From assembly GCA_963751575.1 (NCBI GenBank), contig CAVVUX010000002.1, forward strand, positions 367,984 to 431,983: 64,000 bases of DNA. Reading direction: 5' to 3'. The notes beneath the pieces were generated by a model. The model did not search any database, was not told the origin of the DNA, and saw nothing but the letters and a program-made list of their open reading frames with translations. Origin of the DNA: an uncultured Chloroflexia bacterium (lineage in GTDB: Bacteria > Chloroflexota > Anaerolineae > Anaerolineales > UBA11858). Position numbers and translations under genes: made by a program. The first letter of the stretch is position 1, and every line of letters starts with the position of its first letter. Shown here piece by piece: positions 1 through 10,622 of this stretch.

Positions 1-2031
1 TCCTTCAACAGCTAATCTGCAAAATGCCAAACCTAAACCTAGACCTTTGATCCTCTCATCTGGATGGATCCGGGTATATTTGTCAAATATCCGGTCGATA
101 TATTCTGGATCTACACCAGAACCAGAATCAAGAACCCAGAAAAGAGTATCCGATCCATCTTTTTTCAATCCGAACTCAATTCTTCCATTAGTTGGTGTAA
201 ATTTGATCGCATTTTGGAATAAATTGATCAAAACCCGCTCGAGCATATCACGGTCGCCTGTGATTTTGGGGATCTTCCTGGCCAGGTTTAAGATAACCGA
301 GTGTGATTTTGCGTTTGCCTGGGTGATCAAAGCCTGGCGCGCATTGTTAATGAGATCTTCGGGATTGAGTAGTTCCAGATTCGTGACTTCCCGGCCACTT
401 TCAAGGCGGTTTATGTCCAGGAGAGATTTGGTTAATCGCTGAATCCTGATCGTTGACCGGTTGGCAATATCAAACAAAGACTGTATATCGGGATCATTCG
501 CGCCGGGCAATGAGGCTTGAATGACATCCAGGCTAGAGATCACGTTCGAGAGAGGTGATCTCAAATCATGGAAAATCATAGAGGTCAGGTCTTCCCGGAG
601 CTGATCGAGTTTTCTTCTTTCTGAAATATCCGTCAGGATCCATTGCAAACGGTTTTCGTTGGCGATCTGGATCAAGAAGACACTGACGCTGACTGGTATT
701 TCTACATCCTGACTCGTTTTCAGGCTGGATTCATACGTGCATGAGTGAGCTTCCTGAAGGTTGATAAACTCCGGACCAACAACTTCCCAGTTAACCTCAT
801 GAATATCGGTGATCGTTAATGAGTCAAGGTTAGATTGGGAGTATTGGCTGGTTGTCAGGGTTCGGTTATTGGTTTCGATAATCTTTCCCGAAAGATCCGT
901 GATGATGATCGGATCACCGCTGTTTTCGAATAAGTCATGATAACGAATATGGGCGGTCTGAAGCTCTTCATAAAGCTGGGCATTTTGAATAAATGAGCCT
1001 GCAAGGCTTCCAATTCCTGAAATGACCTGGAGAGCGTCGGATTCAAAATGACCTGCTTTGGGATTGATCGCCTCTACAACGCCTATTAGCTTATCGGGGA
1101 TGAAAATTGGCGCAGCTATGATGGACTGGATAGATAAGTCTGGATAAAACTTGGAGGTTATTGTTATCCGCTTGTCTGATCCGGGATCTGTGACGATCTC
1201 TCCCTCACATTTTTCAGCTACTGATCCTGTAAAACCCTCACCTACCTTGAATTTTTTTCCGATGAGAGAGGAATGCAGATCAAGCGTGGTGTGGATAGCA
1301 GCTTTATATTCCAGGAAATCTTGATTTCGGTCAACTAGTGAAAGAGTTACTGCTTCTACTCGCAGTGCTTCCTGGATCTCATGAAGTATGGTCTCAAGCA
1401 CGGTTTCCAGACGTAATGTGGAGGACAGGGCTGTCGCGCTGTTCGCCAGAGCGGTCATCACCCGCGCTTGCCGCTGGCTCTCACCATAAAGCTGTGCGTT
1501 AAGCACTGCAATTCCAGCCTGATCGGCAATTGCCTGAACGAGGGATATGTGTTCCCGTTGAAGGTGGTTTCTTTCTGGATGGGTGAGAGTGATCACACCA
1601 ACCAGGTCGTTTCTGACCATGATTGGCAGCGCAATCACAGATTTTGCCCACGTTGAAGAATCATCATTGTCCGGACGGCGTAGCCAGCGCTGATCTTTGC
1701 TTGTATCTGGGATATTTACCGGTTCACGATTTTTGACCACCCAACCTGCGAGGCCATTTTCTAGGGTTGATCGCAGCTGTTCATTGGTGTGCGTAATTAC
1801 CTGATCCTGGATGATAATCGTAGATTCCACCGGATTCTCATTTTCGTCCAAGATGATAATGCTGCCGCTGGTTGCTCCAATTGTTTTTAGTGAAAGGCTT
1901 AAAACGCGCTCCAGAATAGTCGCTAGGTCCAGAGTGGTCGCAATCTCCCGACTGATTCGATATAACAGCTCAAGAGATGCTCTGGGTGTAGTTTTATGAA
2001 ACTGGTTTGGTTGTATTTTATCAGCGGTCAT
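1..2031 (-). CDS. sensor histidine kinase, GAF-GAF-PAS-HisKA-HATPase_c architecture (3' end runs off the window start)
   Basis: Not in the ORF track because it has no in-window stop. My reverse-strand translation from the ATG at 2031..2029 stays open for 677 codons to nt 1. Motifs: H-box MIFHDLRSPLSNV, N-box LINLFQNAIKFTP, G1 DSGSGVDPEYIDRIFDKY, G2 GLGLGLAFC. Two GAF-like blocks (LVGVITLTHP, LIGVVEAINP) and a PAS-like block (FENSGDPIIITDLSGKIIETN). Confidence 0.85.
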   Translation of the reverse strand, partial: MTADKIQPNQFHKTTPRASLELLYRISREIATTLDLATILERVLSLSLKTIGATSGSIIILDENENPVESTIIIQDQVITHTNEQLRSTLENGLAGWVVKNREPVNIPDTSKDQRWLRRPDNDDSSTWAKSVIALPIMVRNDLVGVITLTHPERNHLQREHISLVQAIADQAGIAVLNAQLYGESQRQARVMTALANSATALSSTLRLETVLETILHEIQEALRVEAVTLSLVDRNQDFLEYKAAIHTTLDLHSSLIGKKFKVGEGFTGSVAEKCEGEIVTDPGSDKRITITSKFYPDLSIQSIIAAPIFIPDKLIGVVEAINPKAGHFESDALQVISGIGSLAGSFIQNAQLYEELQTAHIRYHDLFENSGDPIIITDLSGKIIETNNRTLTTSQYSQSNLDSLTITDIHEVNWEVVGPEFINLQEAHSCTYESSLKTSQDVEIPVSVSVFLIQIANENRLQWILTDISERRKLDQLREDLTSMIFHDLRSPLSNVISSLDVIQASLPGANDPDIQSLFDIANRSTIRIQRLTKSLLDINRLESGREVTNLELLNPEDLINNARQALITQANAKSHSVILNLARKIPKITGDRDMLERVLINLFQNAIKFTPTNGRIEFGLKKDGSDTLFWVLDSGSGVDPEYIDRIFDKYTRIHPDERIKGLGLGLAFCRLAVEG

Positions 2032-2280
2032 AATCGGGATCTCATCACCATTATTTTAACTCAAATTCAGGTTTAAATTCATTGGTTTGTTCACAAGCAC
2101 TAAAAGGCGATTTTTCGCAGCTTTGTTCTCAAATATTCCTGTTTAGAATGGATATAGTGATGAACAACCAGATAGTGATATTCAGGTCTGATAACATCAC
2201 TGAGTATAGCACATCATCCAGCCCAATCAATGAGGGTGTCCACTGACATGCTTGCTGTCATCAATCCGAAAGCTGGCTAA

Positions 2281-3273
2281 TTAGAGCTTTAATATTGGCA
2301 GCTGGAGAAAGAGGTCTTCAATTGTAAGTTTGAGATTGGCATTTTTGACTAATAATCCTTGAGCCCGTTTAATTAAGCCCAAGGTCCTTTTTGCCGCTGC
2401 CAGGTCGATCTCCATACAAATCGATCTCAAATCAGATTCCCTGTCAATATTGTTGATTGGTGAGCTTGCTCCACTCGTTTTAATCAAAATATCATGCCAG
2501 AGAGAGAACCAGACATCGATCAGTTCCTGAACATGCTGGCTATCGGATGTTATATCGGCTGCAAATGCAAATCTGTCGACAGAATTTCCTGCCAGAATCT
2601 GGAGGTGATCATCTAGCAGGATCGATCTGCGTTCTAGGACTGAAGGATCTTGATGATACAGCAGGGCATTTTCTGGTTTTCCTCCCGAAATGTGGGCCAG
2701 TAAATTTGCCTGATCTGAGGGGATTTCATATAACCGTTCGAGACCCAGGGCTGTTGCCCTGATTGGCACAGGATTAAGTTTGATTTCCTCGCATCTTGAA
2801 ATAATTGTTTCCAGGACCGAATCAATTGACGATGCTGTCAGGATCAAAATCACTGGATCAGGTGGTTCTTCAAGGGTTTTTAGCAGAGCATTTTGGGTAT
2901 TGGTGCTGGCTTTCTCTATATTAATAATTAATCCGATCTTTCGCTTTGCTTCGTAGGGAGAAAGGGAGAGGCTATGCATCAACTCCCGGACTTGGTCCAC
3001 CTTTATTTGTGAGCTGCCATCTTCAACCGATACCGGAAATAAATCTGGATGCTCAAGTTTTCCCAGGCGTTGACAGGTAGAACACTTAAGACAAGGATCA
3101 CCAGATCCACCGCCATTCTGGCACTGGATCGCCTGGATGAATTTCAGCGCCAGTGCCTTCTTGCCAATACCCCGAGGACCTGTAAACAAGTAGGCTTGCC
3201 GGAGGGACCGGTTTTTGATGTGTCCCTGTAAAAGTTGAACAGCCCATTCATGGCCGATCAGATTCCAATTCAT
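2281..3273 (-). CDS. holB: DNA polymerase III delta-prime subunit (clamp-loader AAA+ protein)
   Basis: 330-aa ORF with a P-loop-like FTGPRGIGKK and the clamp-loader zinc module CLKCSTCQRL. Size and layout are typical of HolB. Confidence 0.8.
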   Translation of the reverse strand: MNWNLIGHEWAVQLLQGHIKNRSLRQAYLFTGPRGIGKKALALKFIQAIQCQNGGGSGDPCLKCSTCQRLGKLEHPDLFPVSVEDGSSQIKVDQVRELMHSLSLSPYEAKRKIGLIINIEKASTNTQNALLKTLEEPPDPVILILTASSIDSVLETIISRCEEIKLNPVPIRATALGLERLYEIPSDQANLLAHISGGKPENALLYHQDPSVLERRSILLDDHLQILAGNSVDRFAFAADITSDSQHVQELIDVWFSLWHDILIKTSGASSPINNIDRESDLRSICMEIDLAAAKRTLGLIKRAQGLLVKNANLKLTIEDLFLQLPILKL

Positions 3274-3313
3274 GTCTAAATTCTAAGCCAGGGTAGGCAT
3301 TTCCGCAATGTTG

Positions 3314-3342
3314 TTGACATGTATCTGTCAACCCAGTAGAAT
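3314..3342 (+). promoter_or_regulatory. sigma70-like promoter upstream of pcrA
   Basis: TTGACA (3314-3319), 17-nt spacer, TAGAAT (3337-3342), 10 nt before the ATG region at 3352. The -35 hexamer is one arm of the inverted repeat TTGACA-N6-TGTCAA (3314-3331). Confidence 0.55.
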
Positions 3343-3351
3343 GAGCCCAGT

Positions 3352-5529
3352 ATGAATATCTTGAAATCACTAAACCCCCAGCAAACCAAAGCCGTGACTG
3401 CACCTCCCGGTCCAGTCCTGGTTCTGGCAGGACCGGGCTCAGGTAAAACCCGGGTGCTGACCTATCGCGCAGCGTACTTGATAGCAGAGCAGGATATTGA
3501 GCCCTATCATTTAATGGCAGTCACATTTACCAATAAAGCTGCCACAGAGATGGGTGAGCGGGTGGCAGATCTGCTCGGTCATCAAACCCAAGGACTGACT
3601 CTGGGAACTTTTCACGCTACCTGTGCCCGGATCCTGCGCATTGAATCAGCACATCTTCCGGTGGATGCGAATTACGTGATATTTGATGCAGATGACCAGG
3701 TTAAAGTAGTCCGCCAGGTTCTCCAGGATCAAAATCTTGATGATAAGCGGTATCGCCCGCAAAGTATCCACGGTTCAATCTCTGCTGCAAAAAACGAATT
3801 ATATCTCCCAGAGGATTTTCCAATCTCGACTTACCGGGATGAAATTGTAGCCAGAGTCTACCAGGATTACCAAAAAATATTACTTACCAGTAATGCTTTT
3901 GATTTTGATGATTTGCTGCTTTGGACGGCACTCTTATTAGGAGAGAATGAAACAATCAGGGATAAGTATTCCCGACGATACCAGCAGATCCTGGTTGATG
4001 AATTTCAAGATACGAACATGGCTCAGTACACCCTCTTGAATCACCTGGCTTCTTACCATCAGAATATTTTTGTTGTTGGTGATTCAGATCAATCCATTTA
4101 CCGCTGGAGGGGAGCTGATTACCGGAATGTCCGCAGATTTGAAGAGGATTATCCTGACGCAAAAGTGATCCTGCTGGAACAAAACTACCGCTCGACCCAA
4201 AATATCCTCGATACAGCGATGGCTATCATTGATAAAAACTCCAACAGGACCCCTAAAAAATTGTTCACTGAACGGGGTCCAGGGGAAAAGATCATCATCC
4301 AGGAAGCTTATGATGAAAGGGAGCAAGCTCAGCTTGTTGTGAATACTATCACCAGCCAGCTTAAGGATAAAAAAGCGAATCCCGCTGATTTTGCAGTCAT
4401 GTACCGGACAAATGCCCAATCCAGGCAGATCGAGGAAGCGTTCCTGTCGGCAAATCTGCCCTATAAACTTGTCGGAGCGCAGAGGTTTTATGGCAGGCGT
4501 GAGGTAAAGGATGTCATAGCATATTTGAGACTGGTAGCCAACCCGGACGATAGTTTCAGCCTCGCCAGAATTATTAATACTCCCAGCCGGAAGATTGGAA
4601 CTAAAACATATGCTGAACTGATTACTGTCGCCCAGAAATTTGAGCTTGGACCAGGGCATTTACTGCTGCGCCTTGCTGAGCCAGAATCTCCCGAATTGGA
4701 ATTTTTCTCAACAGCTCCTGCCAAAAGACTCGCTGGATTTGGCTCTATGTTTTTAAAGTGGCGTAATGAAATAGAAAATCTACCCCCTGTTGAGATTCTG
4801 GATCTAATCCTCGAGGATACTACTTACAGGAGATATATTGAGGATGGCAGCGAAGATGGTTTCGAACGCTGGGAAAATATCGTCGAATTAAAAAGGCTCG
4901 CATCTGAGTACCAGACGGTTGGTTTGTTATCTTTCCTGCAAGATATTGCTTTAGTTTCAGATCAGGATACTCTGGATCCTGATCTGGAAGTACCTACCTT
5001 GCTGACATTACATTCAGCAAAAGGTTTGGAATTTGGTCAAGTCTTGATTATCGGTTTGAATGAGGGAATCCTGCCCCACCAAAGATCTTTTGACGATCCG
5101 GAGTCAATGGAAGAAGAACGGAGATTGTTTTATGTTGGAGTTACCAGGGCGAAGGATCGGTTGCATTTGTTTCACTCCCTCAATCGATCCAATTTTGGCT
5201 ATTTTGAACCCTTGCAAGCATCAAGGTATTACCATGACATACCACCTGGTTTGAGAGCAGAAGATGACTTGATGTATCAAGCTGGATTTCCGATCAGTGG
5301 ACCGCCTCAACCGCGCACCTGGAAGGACCTTCAGAAAAAAAACATCCGCCCCGTGAGTTTGGAAAATCAGTATCACCCCGGTCAGAAAGTCCGCCATTCT
5401 AAGTGGGGTGAAGGTTTGGTTCTTAATAGTTTGCTCCAGGATGATGATGAAATCGTGGATGTGTTCTTTGAGGGAGTAGGAAAGAAAAAGATGATCGCCT
5501 CCCTGGCTGATCTGAAAACTATCAGCTGA
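3352..5529 (+). CDS. pcrA: ATP-dependent DNA helicase, UvrD/PcrA family (SF1)
   Basis: 725-aa ORF with Walker A GPGSGKTRVL, motif II LVDEFQDTN, QNYRSTQNIL and motif VI FYVGVTRAKDRL. Confidence 0.9.
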   Translation: MNILKSLNPQQTKAVTAPPGPVLVLAGPGSGKTRVLTYRAAYLIAEQDIEPYHLMAVTFTNKAATEMGERVADLLGHQTQGLTLGTFHATCARILRIESAHLPVDANYVIFDADDQVKVVRQVLQDQNLDDKRYRPQSIHGSISAAKNELYLPEDFPISTYRDEIVARVYQDYQKILLTSNAFDFDDLLLWTALLLGENETIRDKYSRRYQQILVDEFQDTNMAQYTLLNHLASYHQNIFVVGDSDQSIYRWRGADYRNVRRFEEDYPDAKVILLEQNYRSTQNILDTAMAIIDKNSNRTPKKLFTERGPGEKIIIQEAYDEREQAQLVVNTITSQLKDKKANPADFAVMYRTNAQSRQIEEAFLSANLPYKLVGAQRFYGRREVKDVIAYLRLVANPDDSFSLARIINTPSRKIGTKTYAELITVAQKFELGPGHLLLRLAEPESPELEFFSTAPAKRLAGFGSMFLKWRNEIENLPPVEILDLILEDTTYRRYIEDGSEDGFERWENIVELKRLASEYQTVGLLSFLQDIALVSDQDTLDPDLEVPTLLTLHSAKGLEFGQVLIIGLNEGILPHQRSFDDPESMEEERRLFYVGVTRAKDRLHLFHSLNRSNFGYFEPLQASRYYHDIPPGLRAEDDLMYQAGFPISGPPQPRTWKDLQKKNIRPVSLENQYHPGQKVRHSKWGEGLVLNSLLQDDDEIVDVFFEGVGKKKMIASLADLKTIS

Positions 5530-5586
5530 TAGTGAATGGTAAAATTGTTTTAGAACTCTCTTACTTGCCGGAGAGGGAAAAATTCC

Positions 5587-6081
5587 ATGGCCGTAATTGA
5601 AAAAGGCTCTTTTGAGGTTATCAGCCGAAGTCCAACCCAAACCCGCCGGATTGGAATGAGATTGGGGGAATTATTACAACCGGGAGATATTGTCTGCCTG
5701 GAAGGAAATCTGGGTGCCGGAAAAACAACTATTGCTCAGGGCATCGCATCTGGTTGGGGATCCTACGATTCAGTGACAAGTCCCACATTTGTTTTGGTGA
5801 ATGTTTACCGGAGATTGGATCAGAACCAATTATTCCATCTGGATGCCTACCGGCTGTCCGGTCCTGAGGAAGCCCTGGACCTGGATATTGACGCAATGCT
5901 TGCCGAAGGACCCCTGGTCGTAGAGTGGGCTGACCGGATTTATGCAGCTTTGCCAGAAGATTATATCTCGATCAAAATGAAATTGATCAATGATGAACAG
6001 CGGGATTTCATAGTTAATGCCCGTGGAGAAAGGCATAAATACCTCCTCGAAAAGTTTCGGGGTGATATTTACGGAGCTTGA
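5587..6081 (+). CDS. tsaE: tRNA t6A37 threonylcarbamoyltransferase complex ATPase TsaE
   Basis: 164 aa with P-loop GNLGAGKTT. The size and the TsaB gene immediately downstream fit TsaE/YjeE. Confidence 0.8.
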   Translation: MAVIEKGSFEVISRSPTQTRRIGMRLGELLQPGDIVCLEGNLGAGKTTIAQGIASGWGSYDSVTSPTFVLVNVYRRLDQNQLFHLDAYRLSGPEEALDLDIDAMLAEGPLVVEWADRIYAALPEDYISIKMKLINDEQRDFIVNARGERHKYLLEKFRGDIYGA

Positions 6082-6083
6082 CA

Positions 6084-6749
6084 ATGTTATTAGCGATCGA
6101 TACCTCAACCAAATCCGTGGGCATTTCAATTTTTGATGGTTCTCAATTTCTTTGTGAAGAAAGCTGGATTTCCCGCAGATATCATACAGTTGAATTAGCC
6201 AAGGCTGTCAAAGTCAACCTGGTCCGGGCAGGTTTAGCAGCCAAGGACCTCCAGGTTCTGGGCGTTGCAATTGGTCCGGGTTCATTTACTGGCCTCCGGA
6301 TTGGTCTTGCGTTGGTCAAGGGTATTGCTTATACCCACCAGCTACCCGTGATAGGGATACCTACCCTGGATATTACCGCTCGTGCAATTCCAGTTGGAGA
6401 CCATCTCCTGGCAGCAGTTTTAAAAGCGGGACGAGATCGGCTGGCGGTTGGAATGTATAGCAATCAAAGCGGTGTTTGGAAACAAGTAGGGAATCTTGAG
6501 AATATGTCTCTTGCAGAGCTGCTGATCAAAATAGATGAACCTTGCCTGATGACTGGAGAATTGTCATCGGAATTGCGGCAGGCGATCGCAGAACATAAAT
6601 ACCTAACAGCGGTGAAACCGACCTCGGCCATGCGCAGTCCCAGATACCTGGCAGAACTTGCCTGGGAACGCTGGAAGAATGGAGACGTGGACGAAGTCTT
6701 GGGATTAAGTCCGTTCTATCTGCATAAAGGGGATCCAATCCCCGACTGA
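6084..6749 (+). CDS. tsaB: tRNA t6A37 threonylcarbamoyltransferase complex dimerization subunit TsaB
   Basis: MLLAIDTSTKSVGISI is a typical TsaB/YeaZ N-terminus, and GPGSFTGLRIG is present. The ORF is open from TTG 6078, but ATG 6084 is the likely start. It abuts the tsaE stop. Confidence 0.8.
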   Translation: MLLAIDTSTKSVGISIFDGSQFLCEESWISRRYHTVELAKAVKVNLVRAGLAAKDLQVLGVAIGPGSFTGLRIGLALVKGIAYTHQLPVIGIPTLDITARAIPVGDHLLAAVLKAGRDRLAVGMYSNQSGVWKQVGNLENMSLAELLIKIDEPCLMTGELSSELRQAIAEHKYLTAVKPTSAMRSPRYLAELAWERWKNGDVDEVLGLSPFYLHKGDPIPD

Positions 6750-6778
6750 TCTTTCCATTATTGAAGATTTGGATTTGT

Positions 6779-7411
6779 ATGATGTCTATTGAACAATCAT
6801 TGAGACGCATAGCAGATGAGGTCTCTGCTTGTAAAAAATGTCAGCTTTTCCACTCGCGGGAAAAAGGTGTACCCGGCGAAGGACCTCCAGATGCTGAGAT
6901 CATGTTCATCGGGGAAGGACCCGGGTATCACGAGAACATGCAAGGCCGTCCTTTTGTAGGAGCTGCTGGACAATTCCTGGAAGAGTTATTAGACAATATC
7001 GGCTTAAAACGAGGGAATGTTTTTATCACCAATGTTGTCAAATGCAGGCCTCCCGGCAACCGGGATCCAGCAGCGGGAGAATTAGCAGCCTGTGATCCGT
7101 ATCTGGAAAGACAAATCCAGCTGATCAATCCCAGGGTAATTGTCACCCTGGGAAGATACTCCATGGCCCGGTTCATTCCAAATGCAAAGATTAGTGAAAT
7201 CCACGGCCAGGCTATCAAGTCGAAGGGCAGGTTGGTAGTGCCTTTTTATCATCCGGCAGCAGCTCTTCACCGACCGTCTCTCAGGTCAATCATCGAAGAG
7301 GACTTTGCGAAGCTACCAGAGATAATTCAGCAGGCAGATAGTGCGCCTGCAATCCTGAATGAAGACCCCCCGGATGAGAGCAACCAGCCGGAACAATTAA
7401 GTTTATTTTGA
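6779..7411 (+). CDS. uracil-DNA glycosylase, family 4
   Basis: CKKCQLFHSREKGVPGEGPPDAEIMFIGEGPG is the family-4 UDG Fe-S/active-site signature, and HPAAALH lies near the C-terminus. The ORF is open from 6761; ATG 6779 is the likely start. Confidence 0.85.
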   Translation: MMSIEQSLRRIADEVSACKKCQLFHSREKGVPGEGPPDAEIMFIGEGPGYHENMQGRPFVGAAGQFLEELLDNIGLKRGNVFITNVVKCRPPGNRDPAAGELAACDPYLERQIQLINPRVIVTLGRYSMARFIPNAKISEIHGQAIKSKGRLVVPFYHPAAALHRPSLRSIIEEDFAKLPEIIQQADSAPAILNEDPPDESNQPEQLSLF

Positions 7412-7486
7412 ATGGATGATTAAATTGTTATGATAGGAAGATGGTAATTGGTCCAAAAATTATTGTTAATGTCATAGGGTTATGAA

Positions 7487-8464
7487 ATGAAAAAATACTT
7501 GATAACAGGTGCGGCGGGTTTTATTGGATCTGTCGTGGCAAAAAAGCTGCTGGAATCAGGTGCCGAAGTGGTCGGTTTGGATAATTTGAACAGCGCTTAC
7601 GACCCACGGATGAAAGAGTACCGACTAAACAAACTTAAGCAAAAACAGAAATTTTCTTTCCTGAAATTAGATGTCAGTGACCGGTCCATCATAGAAAACC
7701 AACAGCTTGCGGGCAGGAATTTTGATGCGGTTATCAACCTGGCAGCCAGAGCGGGTGTCCGGGACAGCTTGAAAGATCCCTGGTTATATCTGGATACGAA
7801 TGCTACAGGCACATTAAACTTGTTGGAATTTTGCCGTCAGGAGGGCATTCAAAAATTCTTATTGGCTTCTACATCAAGTATTTATGGACAAGATGCTCCA
7901 TTGCCAACACCTGAAACTGCATCCAGCGATCTTCCTTTGCAATCATATGCTGCCAGCAAAAAAGCCGCTGAAACGCTAGCCCACGCTTATCATTACCTCT
8001 ATGGAATTGATGTGTCAGTGGTTCGTTATTTTACGGTTTATGGACCTGCTGGCAGGCCCGATATGGTTATGTACCGATTTGCCAAGTGGATTATTGAAGA
8101 TATGCCAGTCCATTTAAATGGTGATGGAAAACAATCACGTGGTTTTACTTATGTTGATGATATTGCAGAGGGTACGATTGCGGCGTTAAAACCACTTGGC
8201 TATGAGATTATTAATCTTGGCGGGCATGAGGTGATATCTATTAATGAACTCATATCAAAAATGCAAAAAATTATTGGCAATAAAGCAGAGGTTGTTTTCC
8301 ATCCCAGGCATCCAGCTGATATGTTGACCAATCAGGCGGATATCAGTAAAGCTAAAGAACTCCTGAGCTGGGAGCCGGAAATAAACCTTGATGAAGGTAT
8401 TAGAAGAACAGTTAATTGGTATCTAGAAGAGCGTAATTGGGCAAAGGATATTGTCACAGAGTAG
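7487..8464 (+). CDS. NAD-dependent nucleotide-sugar epimerase/dehydratase (extended SDR; UDP-glucuronate/UDP-glucose 4-epimerase-like)
   Basis: Rossmann motif GAAGFIGS and catalytic YAASKKAAE (YxxxK). At 325 aa it marks the first gene of the glycan locus. Confidence 0.75.
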   Translation: MKKYLITGAAGFIGSVVAKKLLESGAEVVGLDNLNSAYDPRMKEYRLNKLKQKQKFSFLKLDVSDRSIIENQQLAGRNFDAVINLAARAGVRDSLKDPWLYLDTNATGTLNLLEFCRQEGIQKFLLASTSSIYGQDAPLPTPETASSDLPLQSYAASKKAAETLAHAYHYLYGIDVSVVRYFTVYGPAGRPDMVMYRFAKWIIEDMPVHLNGDGKQSRGFTYVDDIAEGTIAALKPLGYEIINLGGHEVISINELISKMQKIIGNKAEVVFHPRHPADMLTNQADISKAKELLSWEPEINLDEGIRRTVNWYLEERNWAKDIVTE

Positions 8465-8516
8465 TATAAATTCTGCAGCTGGTGATTTATTATTTAAAAC
8501 GCATTCTACAATCTAA

Positions 8517-10538
8517 ATGACTATTGTAATAATCCTGTTTTTTCTTCTTGTATTTATGTATCTGGCTTCATTTCAATTGTTGACCAGAAGAGAAAGTGCC
8601 GTCAAGGCGTTCCTGATCACGTTTGGCTGTACAGCGGTGATAACAGAATTCTTGTCCCTATTTGACCTGCTGACTGTCCAGGCAGTTTTCGCTTCCTGGT
8701 GTGGTCTGATTGGATTGCTGGGAATACTGTTCCTTCGAAAGCTGAAGGATGGTAATTGGAAATTTACCAGAGTCAGATCTATCTTTAATCTCGCTGGGTT
8801 GAAAGATCTCTCCCTCCTTGAGAAATTCATTATTCTATCTATTTTGAGCATCTTGATCTTGACTTTTCTGATTGCTATTTATTCACCTCCGAACAATTTT
8901 GACTCGATGACCTATCATATGGCTCGAGTTGTCCATTGGATTCAACAGAAAAGTGTAAGTTTTTATCCAACATCGATCCCAAGGCAAAATCATTCCATGC
9001 CTCTGGTTGAGTATTTGATACTTCATCTTCAACTGTTAAGTAAATCTGATCAGTATGCCAACCTGGTCCAGTGGGCAGGTTTTGTGATCTTGATATTGCT
9101 TGGATCAGAATTTACACGATTATTTCAGGTATCCAGGAAGGGGCAATTGCTGGCAGCTCTCTTCGCAGCCACCATACCGATGGCAATCCTGCAGAGCAGC
9201 AGTACCCAAAACGATCTGATTGTGAGCGTATTTTGTGTAAGTTTTGCTTATTATTTATCACGGATCCTACAATCACCGACGAGGGATGAGACTGTTTTTG
9301 GTGGTCTGGCCTTGGGTCTGGCACTTTTAACCAAGGGAACAGCTTATATATTTTGTGCAAGTATAGGTCTGGTCTATGGTTCAGTCAGTTTAATCAGGCA
9401 AACACAGGAAATCAGAATTAAACTCATCAAGAGTTATTTCCTGATGATTATGTTGGCACTGATATTGAATGTTGGTTTCTATCAAAGAAATTTCAACCTT
9501 TACGGGAATCCCCTTTCCACTGAAACTGAAAGGATAACAGTTGATAATCTAACACTTGGAGGATTATATTCTAATCTGGTCAGGAACTATTCCGCGCACC
9601 TGGCTGTTCCGATTCCAGCCCTAAATGAGAAACTCTCAAGTGAGGTGTCCACTTTACTCGGTGATCTTGCTGACCATCCGGCTTATACATTTTCTGGCAC
9701 ACAATTTAAGATCCACTTCTTAATTAATGATGATCATTCTGGCAACCCGATCCATTTATTATTGATCTCGCTCCTAATCTTGCTGATTCTAGCGAACAGG
9801 AAAAAAAGGATCAGGATATTGATACGCACATTGGAGCAGTAATTCTTTCTGTCCTGCTCTTTTCATTACTTTTAAAATGGCAGCCTTGGGGCACCCGGCT
9901 TCAATTGCCGATCTTTTTTCTGGGAGCTCCACTCTTTGGTATTTTCTATGACAAAACGCACCGCTCTAAATATCTACCCTATTTGCTTTGTTTGCTATTG
10001 ACGCTTTATTCACTGCCGTTCGTTTTCTTAAATGCTTCCAGACCGTTGATACCTTTATTTAGCCAGGAATCACCCCTGAGGTCAAATCGAATCAAACGGT
10101 TCTTTTCAGATCGACCTAACAGGTATACAGAATATTATGAGATCATCCGTCCGTTTTTAAGAGATATTGGTATTCTCCACACGGATCGGACAGATTCCTC
10201 TACTTTTCTGGGACCAAATGGGATTATTAGAAGACTATCTCCTAGTGATGGATGCGGTAAACGTGATTGAATGAAGATTATTATGGATTGTATCTGGGTG
10301 AAAATGATTGGGAGTATCCAATCTGGGTTTTGTCTGAGCAGACTGATCCCAGCAGGATTTCCAAAATTCATTCACGTCAGATGTTGGGGATTTATCTCCC
10401 GCACCTTGAACAGGCGATTCTGATTTTTATCCGGATTATGTCATATCGACCGAGCAATCAGGGTCTGATTGGTTAGATGCCAATCAGTATGAAATTATTG
10501 TAGATACAAAATCGATCGATCTTTATCAGAAGCGCTGA
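8517..10538 (+). pseudogene. polytopic GT-C-like membrane glycosyltransferase (PMT_2/GT39-like), frame-disrupted
   Basis: The frame-0 ORF 8517-9842 is multi-TM and contains NNFDSMTYHMARVVHW. The protein-like sequence continues in frame 2 from the A7 run 9801-9807 (..KDQDIDTHIGAVILSVLLFSLLLKWQPWGTRLQLPIFFLGAPL). It moves to frame 0 after T5 10154-10158 (LLFWDQMGLLEDYLLVMDAVNVIE), then to frame 1 (EDYYGLYLGENDWEYPIWVL). It returns to frame 0 after T5 10424-10428 (FYPDYVISTEQSGSDWLDANQYEIIVDTKSIDLYQKR, stop 10536-10538). Confidence 0.65.
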
Positions 10539-10570
10539 GTTAGGGACTCTTGAAGAATTAGTTATCGAGC

Positions 10571-10622
10571 TTGACACGATGTGAAAACACTCTATAATTC
10601 AATTATTGAATTTTAGAGTGTT
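10571..10622 (+). promoter_or_regulatory. near-consensus promoter with overlapping palindromic operator upstream of wzm
   Basis: TTGACA (10571-10576), 16-nt spacer, TATAAT (10593-10598). The inverted repeat AACACTCTATAATTCAA / TTGAATTTTAGAGTGTT (10586-10602 / 10606-10622) pairs at 16 of 17 positions around a 3-nt centre and includes the -10 hexamer. Confidence 0.7.

Noticed and set aside
4084-4659. 191-aa ORF antisense to pcrA
   Set aside because: It lies inside a helicase gene carrying all the SF1 motifs, and its translation does not look like a real protein.
6582-6589. GCGATCGC (the cyanobacterial HIP1 palindrome), also at 63310-63317, as a taxonomic signature
   Set aside because: I noticed only two copies in 64 kb, far below HIP1-rich genomes. 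They are better explained by the general GATC enrichment.
9801-9807. Homopolymer tracts (A7, C6 at 40493-40498, G5 at 34493-34497, A7 at 43737-43743) read as phase-variation switches
   Set aside because: The tracts are short compared with known contingency loci. Most frame shifts are not at homopolymers, and several occur in the same gene, which a reversible switch would not need.
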